In this document: in pieces, positions 52,741 through 63,883 of the stretch
Layout: each line of letters starts with the position of its first letter
How positions within the stretch are numbered: position 1 is the stretch's first letter
Assembly (NCBI GenBank): GCA_023231475.1
Contig: JALJEE010002185.1
Span: 1 to 64,000 of the forward strand
DNA: 64,000 nucleotides
Direction: 5' to 3'
Origin: Seison nebaliae
Lineage: Eukaryota
Translations under genes and position numbers: made by a program
Notes under the pieces: model-generated
Seen by the model: only the letters and a program-made list of their open reading frames with translations
Told to the model about the DNA's origin: nothing
Databases searched by the model: none

Positions 52741-53179
52741 GGTAAAAGTCTGTTTGAACGCCACAGAAAAAATTTTTTTTTTTGTCTGAAAATTAACGTA
52801 TAGGTCTTTGAAACGATTCTGAACATGATAGTATTTTTAAAATTTCAATTTTCGAATTTCTAAAAAATTTAGTTTAAAAAACTTTTCGAAAAATTTGAGG
52901 CTTAACTTACTAGGATTACATAAAACTTAACAGAATGAAACTTGCGTTTCGTAAAAAAGAAGAAGAAACCAGGATATAGTCCGAAGACAATCTCTTTTTT
53001 GTGAAAGGCATCTTTTTAGGTAGTTTAAGGTAAGCCTAAAATTTTTCGAAAAGTTTTTTAAACTAAATTTTTTAGAAATTTTAGAAACACTATCATGTTC
53101 AGAATCGTTTCAGAAGCCTATACGTTTATTTTCAGACAAAAAAAAATTTTTTTCTGTGGTGTTCAAACAGACATTTAAC
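52741..53179. mobile_element. Foldback/MITE-like element with ~160-170-bp inverted arms
   Basis: 52748 gtctgtttgaacgccacagaaaaaa...ttcgaaaaatttgaggctta (~52912) mirrors 53021-53172; ~110-bp spacer; one ~14-nt indel in the left arm. Confidence 0.85.
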
Positions 53180-53466
53180 TCACTCAATTAAAATGTTTAT
53201 AAAATTCGAAACTATTTAAAATTTTAAATTTCAAAACTGTATAATATTTCAGATAATTGAAATACTTTACAACTTAAATTTTGATGTTTCACATTAAAGA
53301 AGTGGATAATCATTCCTACAAAGTTAATTTGTCAAAAAATTGAAAATTATTTAAAGAAATAGTAATATTATTTTAAATTTCGCAATAAAAATTTGTATGA
53401 AGATTTTTTACAAAAAACTAGAAAATCGAAAAAGTGATCAAGAGAAGAATTCGACTAAAACTGATA

Positions 53467-56400
53467 TTATTCATATTCATAATCAGGATCTGATTCTTCG
53501 TCTTTGCTATTATATGTATCGTCTAATAATAGATCATCAATATTATCATCATCGTCATCATCATCCTCATCAAAATCGATCAATTTCCGTCGGGCACGTT
53601 TCGATTTACGGGCAGAAGAGACTGGCTCATTTTTAGCTGTTTTTCTCTTTTGTTTTACTGGTGTTCGTATTCTTCCTTTCGCTACTCTCGAAGTAGTTCC
53701 TTTAGTTTTTCCTTCCGATTTGAGAACGAACGTTTTTGTCTTTGTCCCACCTGTTTTTGATGTGTTAGATTTTGTCAGATTTGTTTTTTTTGGAGATTTC
53801 ATTTTTGGTTTGGTAAATTTTGAAATTTCATCATCTTTCTCTTGATAAGCAGGCATCTCTTCATCAATACATTTCCATAATAATCGAATTAAACTTAATT
53901 CATTTTTATTTGTATCCGTTGTCATATTCTTAGAGAATGGGACACATTCGATAATATCAATAAAATAGAATTCAGTTAAAAAATTTGCGATTTGTTTCCG
54001 TAACTCATCTGAATGATTATTCAGATGGAAATTAGTTTGAATTAAATTCTCTTCCACATTTTTCCCAACGAAATGATCGATCTCTCCAATCGTTTCATCA
54101 GTTTTGAGAAAGGAATTGAAATAATTGTTAAGTAAATCCAAATTTATTTTTTCCTCATTTTTCGATGATTTCTTTTTTTCTATTATACGATGTTGATTAA
54201 ATTCATTGATTGAAGATAATCGGTAATATTTGAGTAAATATAATCGAAATGTAATGATTAAGGAGAGTCGTCGAATGTTAATGAAAGATGGTAATAAATC
54301 CTTCAAATCGTTTGGTAATCGAAGAATCATTTTATTTTCATCCGGATTCGAAATCTGTTCGTTAGTTATGACGAATTGATCATTGTCAGATCCGGAATCC
54401 TGTTCAATAACATGTGGTTGGAGAACATCGTTGAGATCGTTGACGATTTGAGAATAAACGGAAATCGAATAATCTTCTAAACGTTTCTTGAATGCCATTA
54501 ATTCATTCATTGATTTGAATGAAAGATTACACAATTGATGAATTAGATGAGAATAGAATATATGAATATTAATTTCTAAATCATTCTTCATCGAATGAAA
54601 TAATCGAGGAATATTATTCAATCCATTCTCATTCGATTGATGGAAATCGATAAGAAATAATTCGAGAATTTCATTGAAAAATGTATTAAAGAAATTTGAT
54701 TTATTTTGAATTAATTCATAAAATTCGGTGAGATAATTCGAATCGATCACATCAACATCATCGGATAATTTGCGAAGACAATAACTATAAATTGGAACGT
54801 ATCTCATTTGTTGGAGAAAGATGTTATTTGAATTCTTATTCTGTTCGATTGACAACAAAACTTTTTGAAACAATTTCCTCCCTAATTCATTGATGGATTG
54901 AGCAGGATCGATAGTCAATGAACAAATTAATGAAATTGTCGACGATTTGTCCAAAAGATTTGTTTTGAAACTTTTCTCTAAAAAGTTACAACATTGTCGT
55001 CTCAATACTTCGTCAGATGATCTCATATAAACATTTCCAATGAATGAAGAATATAATTGAATGATGATTGATGAATTAGTAATATCGTTCGCTGATTGTT
55101 CATTAGATAAAGAATTTGTCTCATCTAACTCCTCTTGATATTCAGCCAATTCTTTCCGTTGTTCGACATCAGTTAGAAATAAAGTTAAATTTGAGAGAAC
55201 TTGTGCACACATCTTTATTGAATTATTAGGAAGAGTTGTCGATGGTGATCGGATAATATTATTAAACATTCGTTTATAAAGAATAATTGTTTCTTTTCTC
55301 ATGAGTAATTTTGGATTTGCAGCGGTCAAATATCCAAATGTTTCTAGAGCGGCTAAATATGTTGGAAATGTACCGACAGTTCGATTCAATATCGTTAGAA
55401 GGAGAATATAATGTTTCTCTGGTTTGACAATATTCTCTTTCAATTTATCTTTCGAAGTGACACCATCCAATTTGGAAACGTAAGTAATATATTTGTCATA
55501 AGGAAGATGATGAAGTAGATAACCAAGAACTTGGAGAATTCCACATAAAATATTCGATTGATCATTCGGCAAATTGTTCAACTCAACAAAATCCTTTTTA
55601 TTTTCTTCGATTATAAAATCGGTATTATCTCCATTATCTTCCAACATCTTCTGACGCAATGATTCAAAATGTTTCGTGATATTCTCAATTCTCAAATACA
55701 TTTTGAGAATAACTTGAATTGACTTATCGAAATTTCTGGACAAATATATAGTCGTTTGAAAGAGAAGAGCTGCAGCTATATCACGACATTGTTTGTGTGT
55801 CGATTTGAGAATGTTATAACAACATTCCTCAATATTCTTCACTGAATCGTTGGATAATTGTCCATTCCTCAAATGAGGAATCAATTGATGGAGAGCAAGG
55901 AGAGTATGACGAATAGACACAAAATATTTTGGTTGAACGTCATGAGAGACGGTATGAAGTAACCAGATAAGTTTAGGATTATAATTAATAACAGAAGGAA
56001 TATTAATTAATGTCATGAGATGAATGATGATCATACAACCATTTAACATCTCTACTAAAATCTCTCCATCTTCATCATTCTTCGATAAACATTCTTTAAT
56101 GAATTTGGGAGAGAGATGTTCCATAATCAATTTATGAATTAGATTTTCGTTAAAGATTAAATTCTTATCTAAAATCATCATAAGAATTCTTCTCAATTCA
56201 TTAAACGGTAATAAATCATCCAATGAATTAAAAACGAGAGAAATGGTGAAAATTCGATTTTTCGAATGATCATCGTTGTTGATGTTGAAGAAACTTCTCA
56301 TAATTTGAAGAATTGATGGATGGAAGGATTGATTCTCATTCTTCAATTGTTCTAAAATGTGAGCAGAAATTTTCGATTGTTTCTTCATCAAAGTCAAATC

Positions 56401-59334
56401 GACATTCGGATTACTTTCCCCCAATTTCTCAAATAATTCTTTGAAAATACTGAAAATTCTCCTTTTGATGATGACGGATGGATCATTCAAATTTTGTATT
56501 AGATACTCACAATTATCGATATTGAATTCGGTATGTTTCATTTGCTCCCCAATAATATTGAGAGTTGCCTCTCTCACACAAATCGATGGAGATGATAAAG
56601 AATTTTCGATCGTTTTTGATACCATTTCAACATCCATAAATGTCGATGCATTCTCTTGTGAGAATATGAGAACTAATAATTTTAATAATTTCGTTTGATG
56701 ATAATTGGAGATAGTTGGTAGGAAGGTCAAAATACCACTAACCATTTGTATCATTAGATTAAAGACAGATTGTCCCATATGATGATGAACGAACAAATAA
56801 TAAAGTTCATTGACACTAGAACAATTTTGTTGAATAGTCGAATATTCTTCATTAATTTCATTCTCTTTATTTCTACTAATTAATTTGTAAATATTTCTAA
56901 TATTCACATTCTGATTGAGATCGAAAAGAATAAATGATTTTAAATCATTTTTATTATTCTCCAAATAATCAATGATAATTTGATAAGCTAATTCTCCCTC
57001 ATCCGACGAATTAATTGCTAACGATGTCGAATAAAGATGATGATTTGAAATATATTTCTCTTTCTGTTCATTTACGTCATATGAGTAATTGAGGAAGATA
57101 GGAAGGAGAAGTTGAATGAATTCGAGAAAATATCGAATATCTTCATTCTTCTTATCATTATCGACGAGATTAATGGAATTATTAATATATCGTCGTTGGA
57201 ACGCTTTCAACATAATACTTCCCGAATAAACTAACATCTCTGATGTCAACGGATATTCTATCCTCTTACTTAATTCGTGAACGTCAGTGAAGAAATCTTT
57301 AAGGAATTCCATTCGTTGACTGTCGTTCTTTAATTGGAATTCATGACGATAATTTCCATTTGTTAAATTTATTTCTTTCTTTCGGAATTGTATCATATTA
57401 TCATCCGTTTCTTCATTATTATTATGGAAACAATTAGAAAGTGAAAATGAAATGGGAAGACATGTATCTAAAATTTCGATACAATAATTGACGGAATGTT
57501 GTTGAAGGAAGATGCGTAAAAGTTTCTTCAATTCATCTGGCAAATTTTCGTCAACTGAAATATTTGGTAATAATTGATGAAGTTCAATTAATAGAATGAT
57601 TGGTAATGAGACATTATTCTTGGAATTAAATTGAAAACGAATATTCTTCCTCAATTGTTTATCAATCGAATAATTTTGAATGATCAATTTGAGAATATTA
57701 TTCTTCCACTTTTTCAAAATTAATGATTGTTCCAACAATAATTCCGTCAACAAATCCTTCGTCAATTCATTCTCTTCCATCAATCGTTGACATTGATCAT
57801 AAGATTTAATGGAAATCAAACGTCGACGACATAAGAGAAGATAAATATGAACTGAAGCCATTTTCAAACGGAAAATCGAATGGTTTCCATAATCATGACG
57901 ATTGATGATGAATTGTAAAAGAAATGAAGAAAAATATGTTTCCGTCATCTCTTCTAAACTGATCGATGGAACTGATAAGAGGAGTTGAATGATCAATTCG
58001 AAAATTTTCATTAAATTCTCTAAATTGCTCGACTTCATCAAATCGATTTCCATATCGAACGACGATAATATCTTGACAACTTTGTTAACAATTTCTGTCG
58101 ATTTCGTACTGAACGGATAAAGTGATAATAAAGATAATAATGCAATAATCTCACCGTTAACGCCATCGACTTTCTTCAATAACATTTTCAAAGTTTGATC
58201 AAAAGAATCTCGTTCAATTTTCGTCCATTCCAATGTCAATTCATTTTGTTTCTTCTCACAAACATACTCGTCATTATTCAATTGTTGTAAGATTTCTGAT
58301 AATGTGGCAATTCGTTTCTCATCAATATTGCCGATAATTGTTTTCTCGAAATATTCTAATTCCACTTTCAATCGTTCCAACAATAAAGTACATTCATTAG
58401 AGATTTCGAAATGTTTATTGGAGAAAATGTTTTCACTTTTTATTCGAAAGCCCGAAAGCGACATATATGGCATCTCCTTAACTACATCTTCATAACTCAG
58501 ATTTAATGTCATACCATCATCAGTTTTCCTTTCTTCTTCCTTCAATTTATCTTCGTCATCACCACCACTCATCATCACATAATCCATACTGGTATTCATT
58601 ACATCATTATCGACAGTAGAAAGATGATTTGTCTGATTATCATCAATATTCATCGATTTATTAGTCTCTTCATTATCAAATTTCTCATTCTTCGATTTAT
58701 TCAAATAACATTGAACACCAATTTGGGGTGTAATTTTAATGGATATTCGATTTTTTGCATGTGCACCAAATCGGAAAGAATTCCTCGTTTTACTCTTCTC
58801 ATAACTCTTCAATGTTTCCGCTGCTTCTTTCAGAATATTCTCATCAATCGATCCATCATTATTAGACATCGTATCACTTCTAGATACTCGTCCAACTGTC
58901 GATGATGATGAACGAGATTTCCTTCCTTCAAATTTCTTCCCTTCCAAATCATTCTCCAATTTTTCTATGAAAATCGGTTTTTTTTTTGATAAATTATTAT
59001 TATTATTAGTAATATTATTATTAAGATCTAATAACAATTCTTGTTTCTTCAATGTTCGATTAAGATATTTAATTAAATGATCTTCAGCTGATGGTTTTGT
59101 GAGGAATTGTTGTGGTATATAGCGAAATCGGAGAGAACGATTATAACAACTGTCAAATTTCCTATTCTTGATAATCGTACTCTTTATTTGAATGTCTGAT
59201 TCAATATGATTATCTATATAATCATCCGGTATATCAGGAATTGATGACACCAAAAAATCTATGGGAACCATATAGGCCGACGGAGTAAATTCGAAGGCAT
59301 TTGCCATTTTTCCTTTTTCATTTTCTCCTTCCAT
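53467..59334 (-). CDS. NIPBL: Cohesin loader NIPBL/Nipped-B/Scc2-like HEAT protein; divergent and intronless
   Basis: SSPSICVREATLNIIG, LNDPSVIIKRRIFSIFKE, AQVLSNLTLFLTDVEQR, SSIIIQLY and LICSLTIDP occur in Scc2 order; basic/acidic tail. Confidence 0.75.
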   Translation of the reverse strand: MEGENEKGKMANAFEFTPSAYMVPIDFLVSSIPDIPDDYIDNHIESDIQIKSTIIKNRKFDSCYNRSLRFRYIPQQFLTKPSAEDHLIKYLNRTLKKQELLLDLNNNITNNNNNLSKKKPIFIEKLENDLEGKKFEGRKSRSSSSTVGRVSRSDTMSNNDGSIDENILKEAAETLKSYEKSKTRNSFRFGAHAKNRISIKITPQIGVQCYLNKSKNEKFDNEETNKSMNIDDNQTNHLSTVDNDVMNTSMDYVMMSGGDDEDKLKEEERKTDDGMTLNLSYEDVVKEMPYMSLSGFRIKSENIFSNKHFEISNECTLLLERLKVELEYFEKTIIGNIDEKRIATLSEILQQLNNDEYVCEKKQNELTLEWTKIERDSFDQTLKMLLKKVDGVNGEIIALLSLLSLYPFSTKSTEIVNKVVKILSSFDMEIDLMKSSNLENLMKIFELIIQLLLSVPSISLEEMTETYFSSFLLQFIINRHDYGNHSIFRLKMASVHIYLLLCRRRLISIKSYDQCQRLMEENELTKDLLTELLLEQSLILKKWKNNILKLIIQNYSIDKQLRKNIRFQFNSKNNVSLPIILLIELHQLLPNISVDENLPDELKKLLRIFLQQHSVNYCIEILDTCLPISFSLSNCFHNNNEETDDNMIQFRKKEINLTNGNYRHEFQLKNDSQRMEFLKDFFTDVHELSKRIEYPLTSEMLVYSGSIMLKAFQRRYINNSINLVDNDKKNEDIRYFLEFIQLLLPIFLNYSYDVNEQKEKYISNHHLYSTSLAINSSDEGELAYQIIIDYLENNKNDLKSFILFDLNQNVNIRNIYKLISRNKENEINEEYSTIQQNCSSVNELYYLFVHHHMGQSVFNLMIQMVSGILTFLPTISNYHQTKLLKLLVLIFSQENASTFMDVEMVSKTIENSLSSPSICVREATLNIIGEQMKHTEFNIDNCEYLIQNLNDPSVIIKRRIFSIFKELFEKLGESNPNVDLTLMKKQSKISAHILEQLKNENQSFHPSILQIMRSFFNINNDDHSKNRIFTISLVFNSLDDLLPFNELRRILMMILDKNLIFNENLIHKLIMEHLSPKFIKECLSKNDEDGEILVEMLNGCMIIIHLMTLINIPSVINYNPKLIWLLHTVSHDVQPKYFVSIRHTLLALHQLIPHLRNGQLSNDSVKNIEECCYNILKSTHKQCRDIAAALLFQTTIYLSRNFDKSIQVILKMYLRIENITKHFESLRQKMLEDNGDNTDFIIEENKKDFVELNNLPNDQSNILCGILQVLGYLLHHLPYDKYITYVSKLDGVTSKDKLKENIVKPEKHYILLLTILNRTVGTFPTYLAALETFGYLTAANPKLLMRKETIILYKRMFNNIIRSPSTTLPNNSIKMCAQVLSNLTLFLTDVEQRKELAEYQEELDETNSLSNEQSANDITNSSIIIQLYSSFIGNVYMRSSDEVLRRQCCNFLEKSFKTNLLDKSSTISLICSLTIDPAQSINELGRKLFQKVLLSIEQNKNSNNIFLQQMRYVPIYSYCLRKLSDDVDVIDSNYLTEFYELIQNKSNFFNTFFNEILELFLIDFHQSNENGLNNIPRLFHSMKNDLEINIHIFYSHLIHQLCNLSFKSMNELMAFKKRLEDYSISVYSQIVNDLNDVLQPHVIEQDSGSDNDQFVITNEQISNPDENKMILRLPNDLKDLLPSFINIRRLSLIITFRLYLLKYYRLSSINEFNQHRIIEKKKSSKNEEKINLDLLNNYFNSFLKTDETIGEIDHFVGKNVEENLIQTNFHLNNHSDELRKQIANFLTEFYFIDIIECVPFSKNMTTDTNKNELSLIRLLWKCIDEEMPAYQEKDDEISKFTKPKMKSPKKTNLTKSNTSKTGGTKTKTFVLKSEGKTKGTTSRVAKGRIRTPVKQKRKTAKNEPVSSARKSKRARRKLIDFDEDDDDDDDNIDDLLLDDTYNSKDEESDPDYEYE

Positions 59335-60065
59335 TATTCTATTCACATTCAAATTTACTGTTCAGTTCTTTCAAAAGATTTGATTAGTATTTCAGGACAA
59401 TATTAAATTAACTTTGGAAATATTTTCATGAAAATTTTGCAGATCTTTTCTGAAACTCAATGAAAATGTTTTTTTAGTTTAAAATTTTAAGCTTAATTCA
59501 TTCACACATCGCACAATTTTTTTGAAATTTCCCCTTTTCTTTTTGTGTTGGTACATTCGTTTATTACTTCCCGTATTATTTCGGACAAATCTTCTACGTT
59601 CATAGTCGAATATGTCCCAATTACTTGTCCACTTCTCATTTACAATCGATGTACGAAAAACAAATTAATAAGGTTTTATATCCAATTTATCATTTATTTA
59701 TTTGAAATTTTTATTAATAATCTAATATTCTTCCGATTAAGTAGTAGAGATTATAATATAATTTGATATTTAATTAATGGAATAATATTTATTCCAATTT
59801 TAATTTCAGTTTTTTGAAGAATTGAAATATTAAGGAAATTTTAAGAACACCGTTTAAGATGAAAAAAAGTAACACTAATATGAATTTCAAACAATCTTCA
59901 AACTCTGGGTAAAAACCCAACATTTGATCAATGCTGATGAATACAGAAACTTATTCAAATAATTTCCCATTTACACTGATGGGAATTTCAATAATGAACA
60001 AAAATTAAAATTCTTTAAAAATATTCAATAATTAATTTTCTTGATAAAATTTTTTATTTGAAATT

Positions 60066-61449
60066 TTATTTTTCAAAACTATTTTTAATATATTTTATAG
60101 TATCGAAGGATAAGAATTGTTGAAGTTCTTCTGTTAAAATACTTTCGTCTTCCGAATAAAAGTTAATTTTGAGAAAATTTGTAATTTTTGTTCTATTTCC
60201 AATGATAGATAGGATAATCGTCTGATTTGCTGGATGGAAATTTACTGGATGCTTAACAGATTCTGGTAGTTGTTTGCTGAGCCATTTGACAAGATCAAAT
60301 GCGCCTATGAATGCAAGTAAATTTGATATTGTAAAGAATTTCGTGAAATATGGAGTAGAATCGTTAAATTTCAATTTTTTTTTCAACTCTAAAAAATTAT
60401 GATAAATAGTTGGAAAAAGTATAAGTAAAACTTTGAGGGAAATCATCGATACTAATTGGCAGATTAGATAGTTGTAAATATTGTGATTGTAAAAGTTTTG
60501 ATAGTCTCTTCAATTCATTTTCTCCCACTAAACTTAAAAGAAGTTCAATAACTTCAAAATTCTTTTTCATTTCATAGTTGAATAAGAATGCTGAAGAATT
60601 TTGAATTGAATTATATTTCAACAAATATTGATAATCGTTCAATGATAATTGATCGAATAAAGAATTAATTGAATAAAATTTATTCCCTTCAACTTCCACA
60701 AAAGTAAAGGATATTGGTGAAATTAACGAATTTTCTGACAAGAATTCTAATCTGTTTAAATTCATCGAATTTTCTCTATTTTCCCAATTCATCAATTGAA
60801 CAAACATCGGAGAATAAGTGATAGATGACACATTTTTAAAATTGATTTTCTTCTCATTCAAATTTATAATTTGTTTCAAATAATTTGCAATTAATTTGGT
60901 TCCTTCTTTGAATTCTAAATATATTGATAAAGATAATAGACTTTTCCCATATTCACCTAAGAATTCTTCTAAATTATTTTCACAGTTAATTCTCTGGAGA
61001 AGCAATTCACAAATGTTAATATCTCTCGACTGGAAAGCACATTCCACAGAACAAATCGCTCCTGTGATAACGTTACATTTCTTGTACAGCAATTGAGGAT
61101 TATCGTGTAACATAATTTTAACAAAGTCTCGTTGTCCATTTCGACATGCCTAAAAGAATAGTCGATAAAAATGGGAGTTGGAGAAACTTGGAAAAATGGA
61201 GTCCATCCAAAATCGTTTTCGATCATCCAATTTCGTTCTTTCAATAAATTATATAATTCCACATTGCCATTTGCCCCAATGTAATGAAGTAAGCAATTGC
61301 TTATTTCATCGATTGATTCTTCACATAAGTTTTCCTTTTTTGAAATTACATCAGATATCTTAAAAAGAATAAAATGTCAAATTTATCGAGAGATGAACTT
61401 TATTTGTGTTCGAAGTACGACAATCTTGAAATAATTTCTTATATTCCAT
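60066..61449 (-). CDS. Ankyrin-repeat protein; 4 exons
   Basis: Spliced N-terminus LLHYIGANGNVELY...NDFGWTPFFQ|ACRNGQRDFVKIML; GKSLLSLSIYL. Three short GTT..AG introns restore the frame. Confidence 0.7.
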
Positions 61450-61479
61450 TTTAATTCTTATTGTGCAATTATTTCTGTC

Positions 61480-61493
61480 GTTGCCATGGAGAT
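61480..61493. promoter_or_regulatory. RFX X-box upstream of the ankyrin gene
   Basis: GTTGCCATGGAGAT, ~30 bp upstream of the minus-strand ATG at 61449. Confidence 0.65.
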
Positions 61494-61817
61494 TATGTAT
61501 ATAAATTTCCTCATACGAACATTTCACCAAAATAATTTATGATGAATTAACGACAAAATTAACATTTGAAACTTAAATTACTTTGATCAGAATCAGGAAT
61601 TGTTGTAGAATTAAGACCATCATAAAAAGTAGAGGAATACTTAATATTAAAAAAAATGTCAGAAGGCAAAAAGGATCAAACTTACAATGTTAGATAAATG
61701 TTAAGAAAACATTTGAAATAATGATATATACTATGACTAATGTGACAGTATGAGAACTTCTTATTTTTTGTGAGAAAAGACTAAAATTTTTATTTTTGTA
61801 AAATTCTTCTTAACAAA

Positions 61818-62921
61818 ATGGATGAAATAATAATTGGTGGAACGGTAAAAAATGACACTTTTAATTATAATTTGACGTCGACTAGAAATTATTTAGAATC
61901 GACAATTGATCATCGAACGAACGCATGGATCTCGTTACTATTATTCATTACGGGCAATCTGATAATTGTTACCCATATAAATATGTTAAATTACACTGCA
62001 TATTTGAAACATGTTAAACCAGTTTTTCGTTTGATGAATGTTTATCTTGCAATATTCCAAATGATTTTCATTCACACATCGAATATGCCACATATAATTA
62101 ACGGTTTCATTTTTCCCATTGAAAACAAAGACTTCTGCCGAGTATTATTATATGTCGATTCGGTATTGATCCAATTGATAATTCATTCAATTATCTTGAT
62201 TATGTGGGATCAAGTTATTCCCTCATTCCTCGAACGATATCGAGGACGACGAAGACATAACGAAACCAATCCATTTGCATGCGTTACAATAACAACATTA
62301 ATTTTGATTATTTTTTCCCTTCTAACAAACTCGTTATTATTGTTCGAATCGAACATCAGTGACAAGAGTTTACAAATCGAAAATGAATGGAATTGGAAAT
62401 TATCAAATATGATGAATTATTTTACATTTCCCAAAGAACAAATTCAAATTATTTTAATTCAACTCATTGTCAGATATATCACGCCAATTATTATCTTATC
62501 CTTCCTCACAATTATTTCATTAGTTACTCTCATAATGGAACGAAGGCAAATGCCAAACGATTTATTAGTTTACGAGCATCAAAACAAAAAAGATAATATC
62601 TTGGCAAAAAATAAACGAATGATATCAATAACTAAGAATAAGAATCATATAATGGCAACAACTTTTCTTTTAGCTTTCAGCTTTATCGTATTTTCCGCAC
62701 CTGATATTGTTATTCATATTCTAATTTCGATCTGTTCCAACAGGAATCTACTATGGTTGTGCGAATACGAGACGATACTTCTCGCTCAGAAAGAGATTCA
62801 CATATTCTTCAACTTGTTTATTTGGATGAATTTTCCGATATTTTGGTGGACAGTTCGATCATATCGAGATGAATTCCTCCAGAATTTCACTATATTTTTA
62901 CAATTTTTCAAGAAGCATTAA
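61818..62921 (+). CDS. Orphan rhodopsin-like 7TM receptor; intronless
   Basis: Seven hydrophobic segments, N-terminal NDT/NLT sequons, TM1 GN, Cys before TM3, TM5 YITP, TM6 FSAP, TM7 NFPIF followed by YRDEF helix 8. Confidence 0.75.
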   Translation: MDEIIIGGTVKNDTFNYNLTSTRNYLESTIDHRTNAWISLLLFITGNLIIVTHINMLNYTAYLKHVKPVFRLMNVYLAIFQMIFIHTSNMPHIINGFIFPIENKDFCRVLLYVDSVLIQLIIHSIILIMWDQVIPSFLERYRGRRRHNETNPFACVTITTLILIIFSLLTNSLLLFESNISDKSLQIENEWNWKLSNMMNYFTFPKEQIQIILIQLIVRYITPIIILSFLTIISLVTLIMERRQMPNDLLVYEHQNKKDNILAKNKRMISITKNKNHIMATTFLLAFSFIVFSAPDIVIHILISICSNRNLLWLCEYETILLAQKEIHIFFNLFIWMNFPIFWWTVRSYRDEFLQNFTIFLQFFKKH

Positions 62922-63883
62922 CGAAGAAATTATCGAATAAATATTTTACTCGTAAATTTATAATAACTTCACAATTCGTATCTAATTTATTTTCTCTTAT
63001 TATTAAAATATTTTATTATTTATTGTTAATTGATGGTGATCAATCAATCGAAATTGATTTTTTTTAATAATTCTTTTAATAGATTATTTTCTTTAACTAA
63101 TCAATTCCAGTTCACATATTAGTGAGATAGAATTAATTGTAGAGAAATTCGTATAAAAAGTCGATAAAAATGATAGGAGAATTGTTATAGAATTAAACAC
63201 TTGAAAAGTTGTTGTTGAATGATTGCTTTATGAGAAAGGTGGGAACAAAATCAGAGAGATTGAAGATCCGTTTCCCATATAAGAAAAACCAATAATTAGT
63301 GTATCATTTCAATAAGATAATTAAACGGAACAATAATTATTCTATGAACTATTGAAACATTTTTTCAATTTGTTCTCACAGCAGGAAAGAGAAGTCAACG
63401 ATAAGAAGGATTCATAGTACTCATAGATCGGTCAATAGATTAATAAGAACTCCAAATATGAATTTTCTTCGGGAATATTTCCTCTTAAATCTCCTCCAAA
63501 TGATTTACGGTGGAACAAATGATCGATTGATATGTTTCAACAAAGGAATCCGTCTATTTAATTTGATATGTTATTGTAAACCGTTAATTTTGTTTCATTG
63601 TTCTTCATTCTCATAAATCTAATTCGTTTTCTAGAGGTTTTTTTGGGAATCGTTGCGAGTTTCATGTGACATCGTTCGGGTGTGGTATCAACAAAACGAA
63701 TAAAAGTGTTGCAATGAAACACGGAGAATCACGTCAATTCCAGTGTATGTTATGTGGATGTAAGTTCGGATTATTGTTCTGTATACGAACTAATTCGCAA
63801 TGTTGTTAGTACTTTCATTCTCTTCGATTACAACCAATATTATATGATTCTCTTTTTTTTGAAACGTTCAAACATCTTCAGAT

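Noticed and set aside
29598..58905. Antisense and alternate-frame ORFs of 60-190 aa overlapping long genes
   Set aside because: Shadow ORFs caused by the codon bias of the real CDSs.
60397..60446. Overlapping ORFs in the ankyrin gene suggesting a frameshift or pseudogene
   Set aside because: A phase-1 GTTTTA...TTAG mini-intron joins the two frames.
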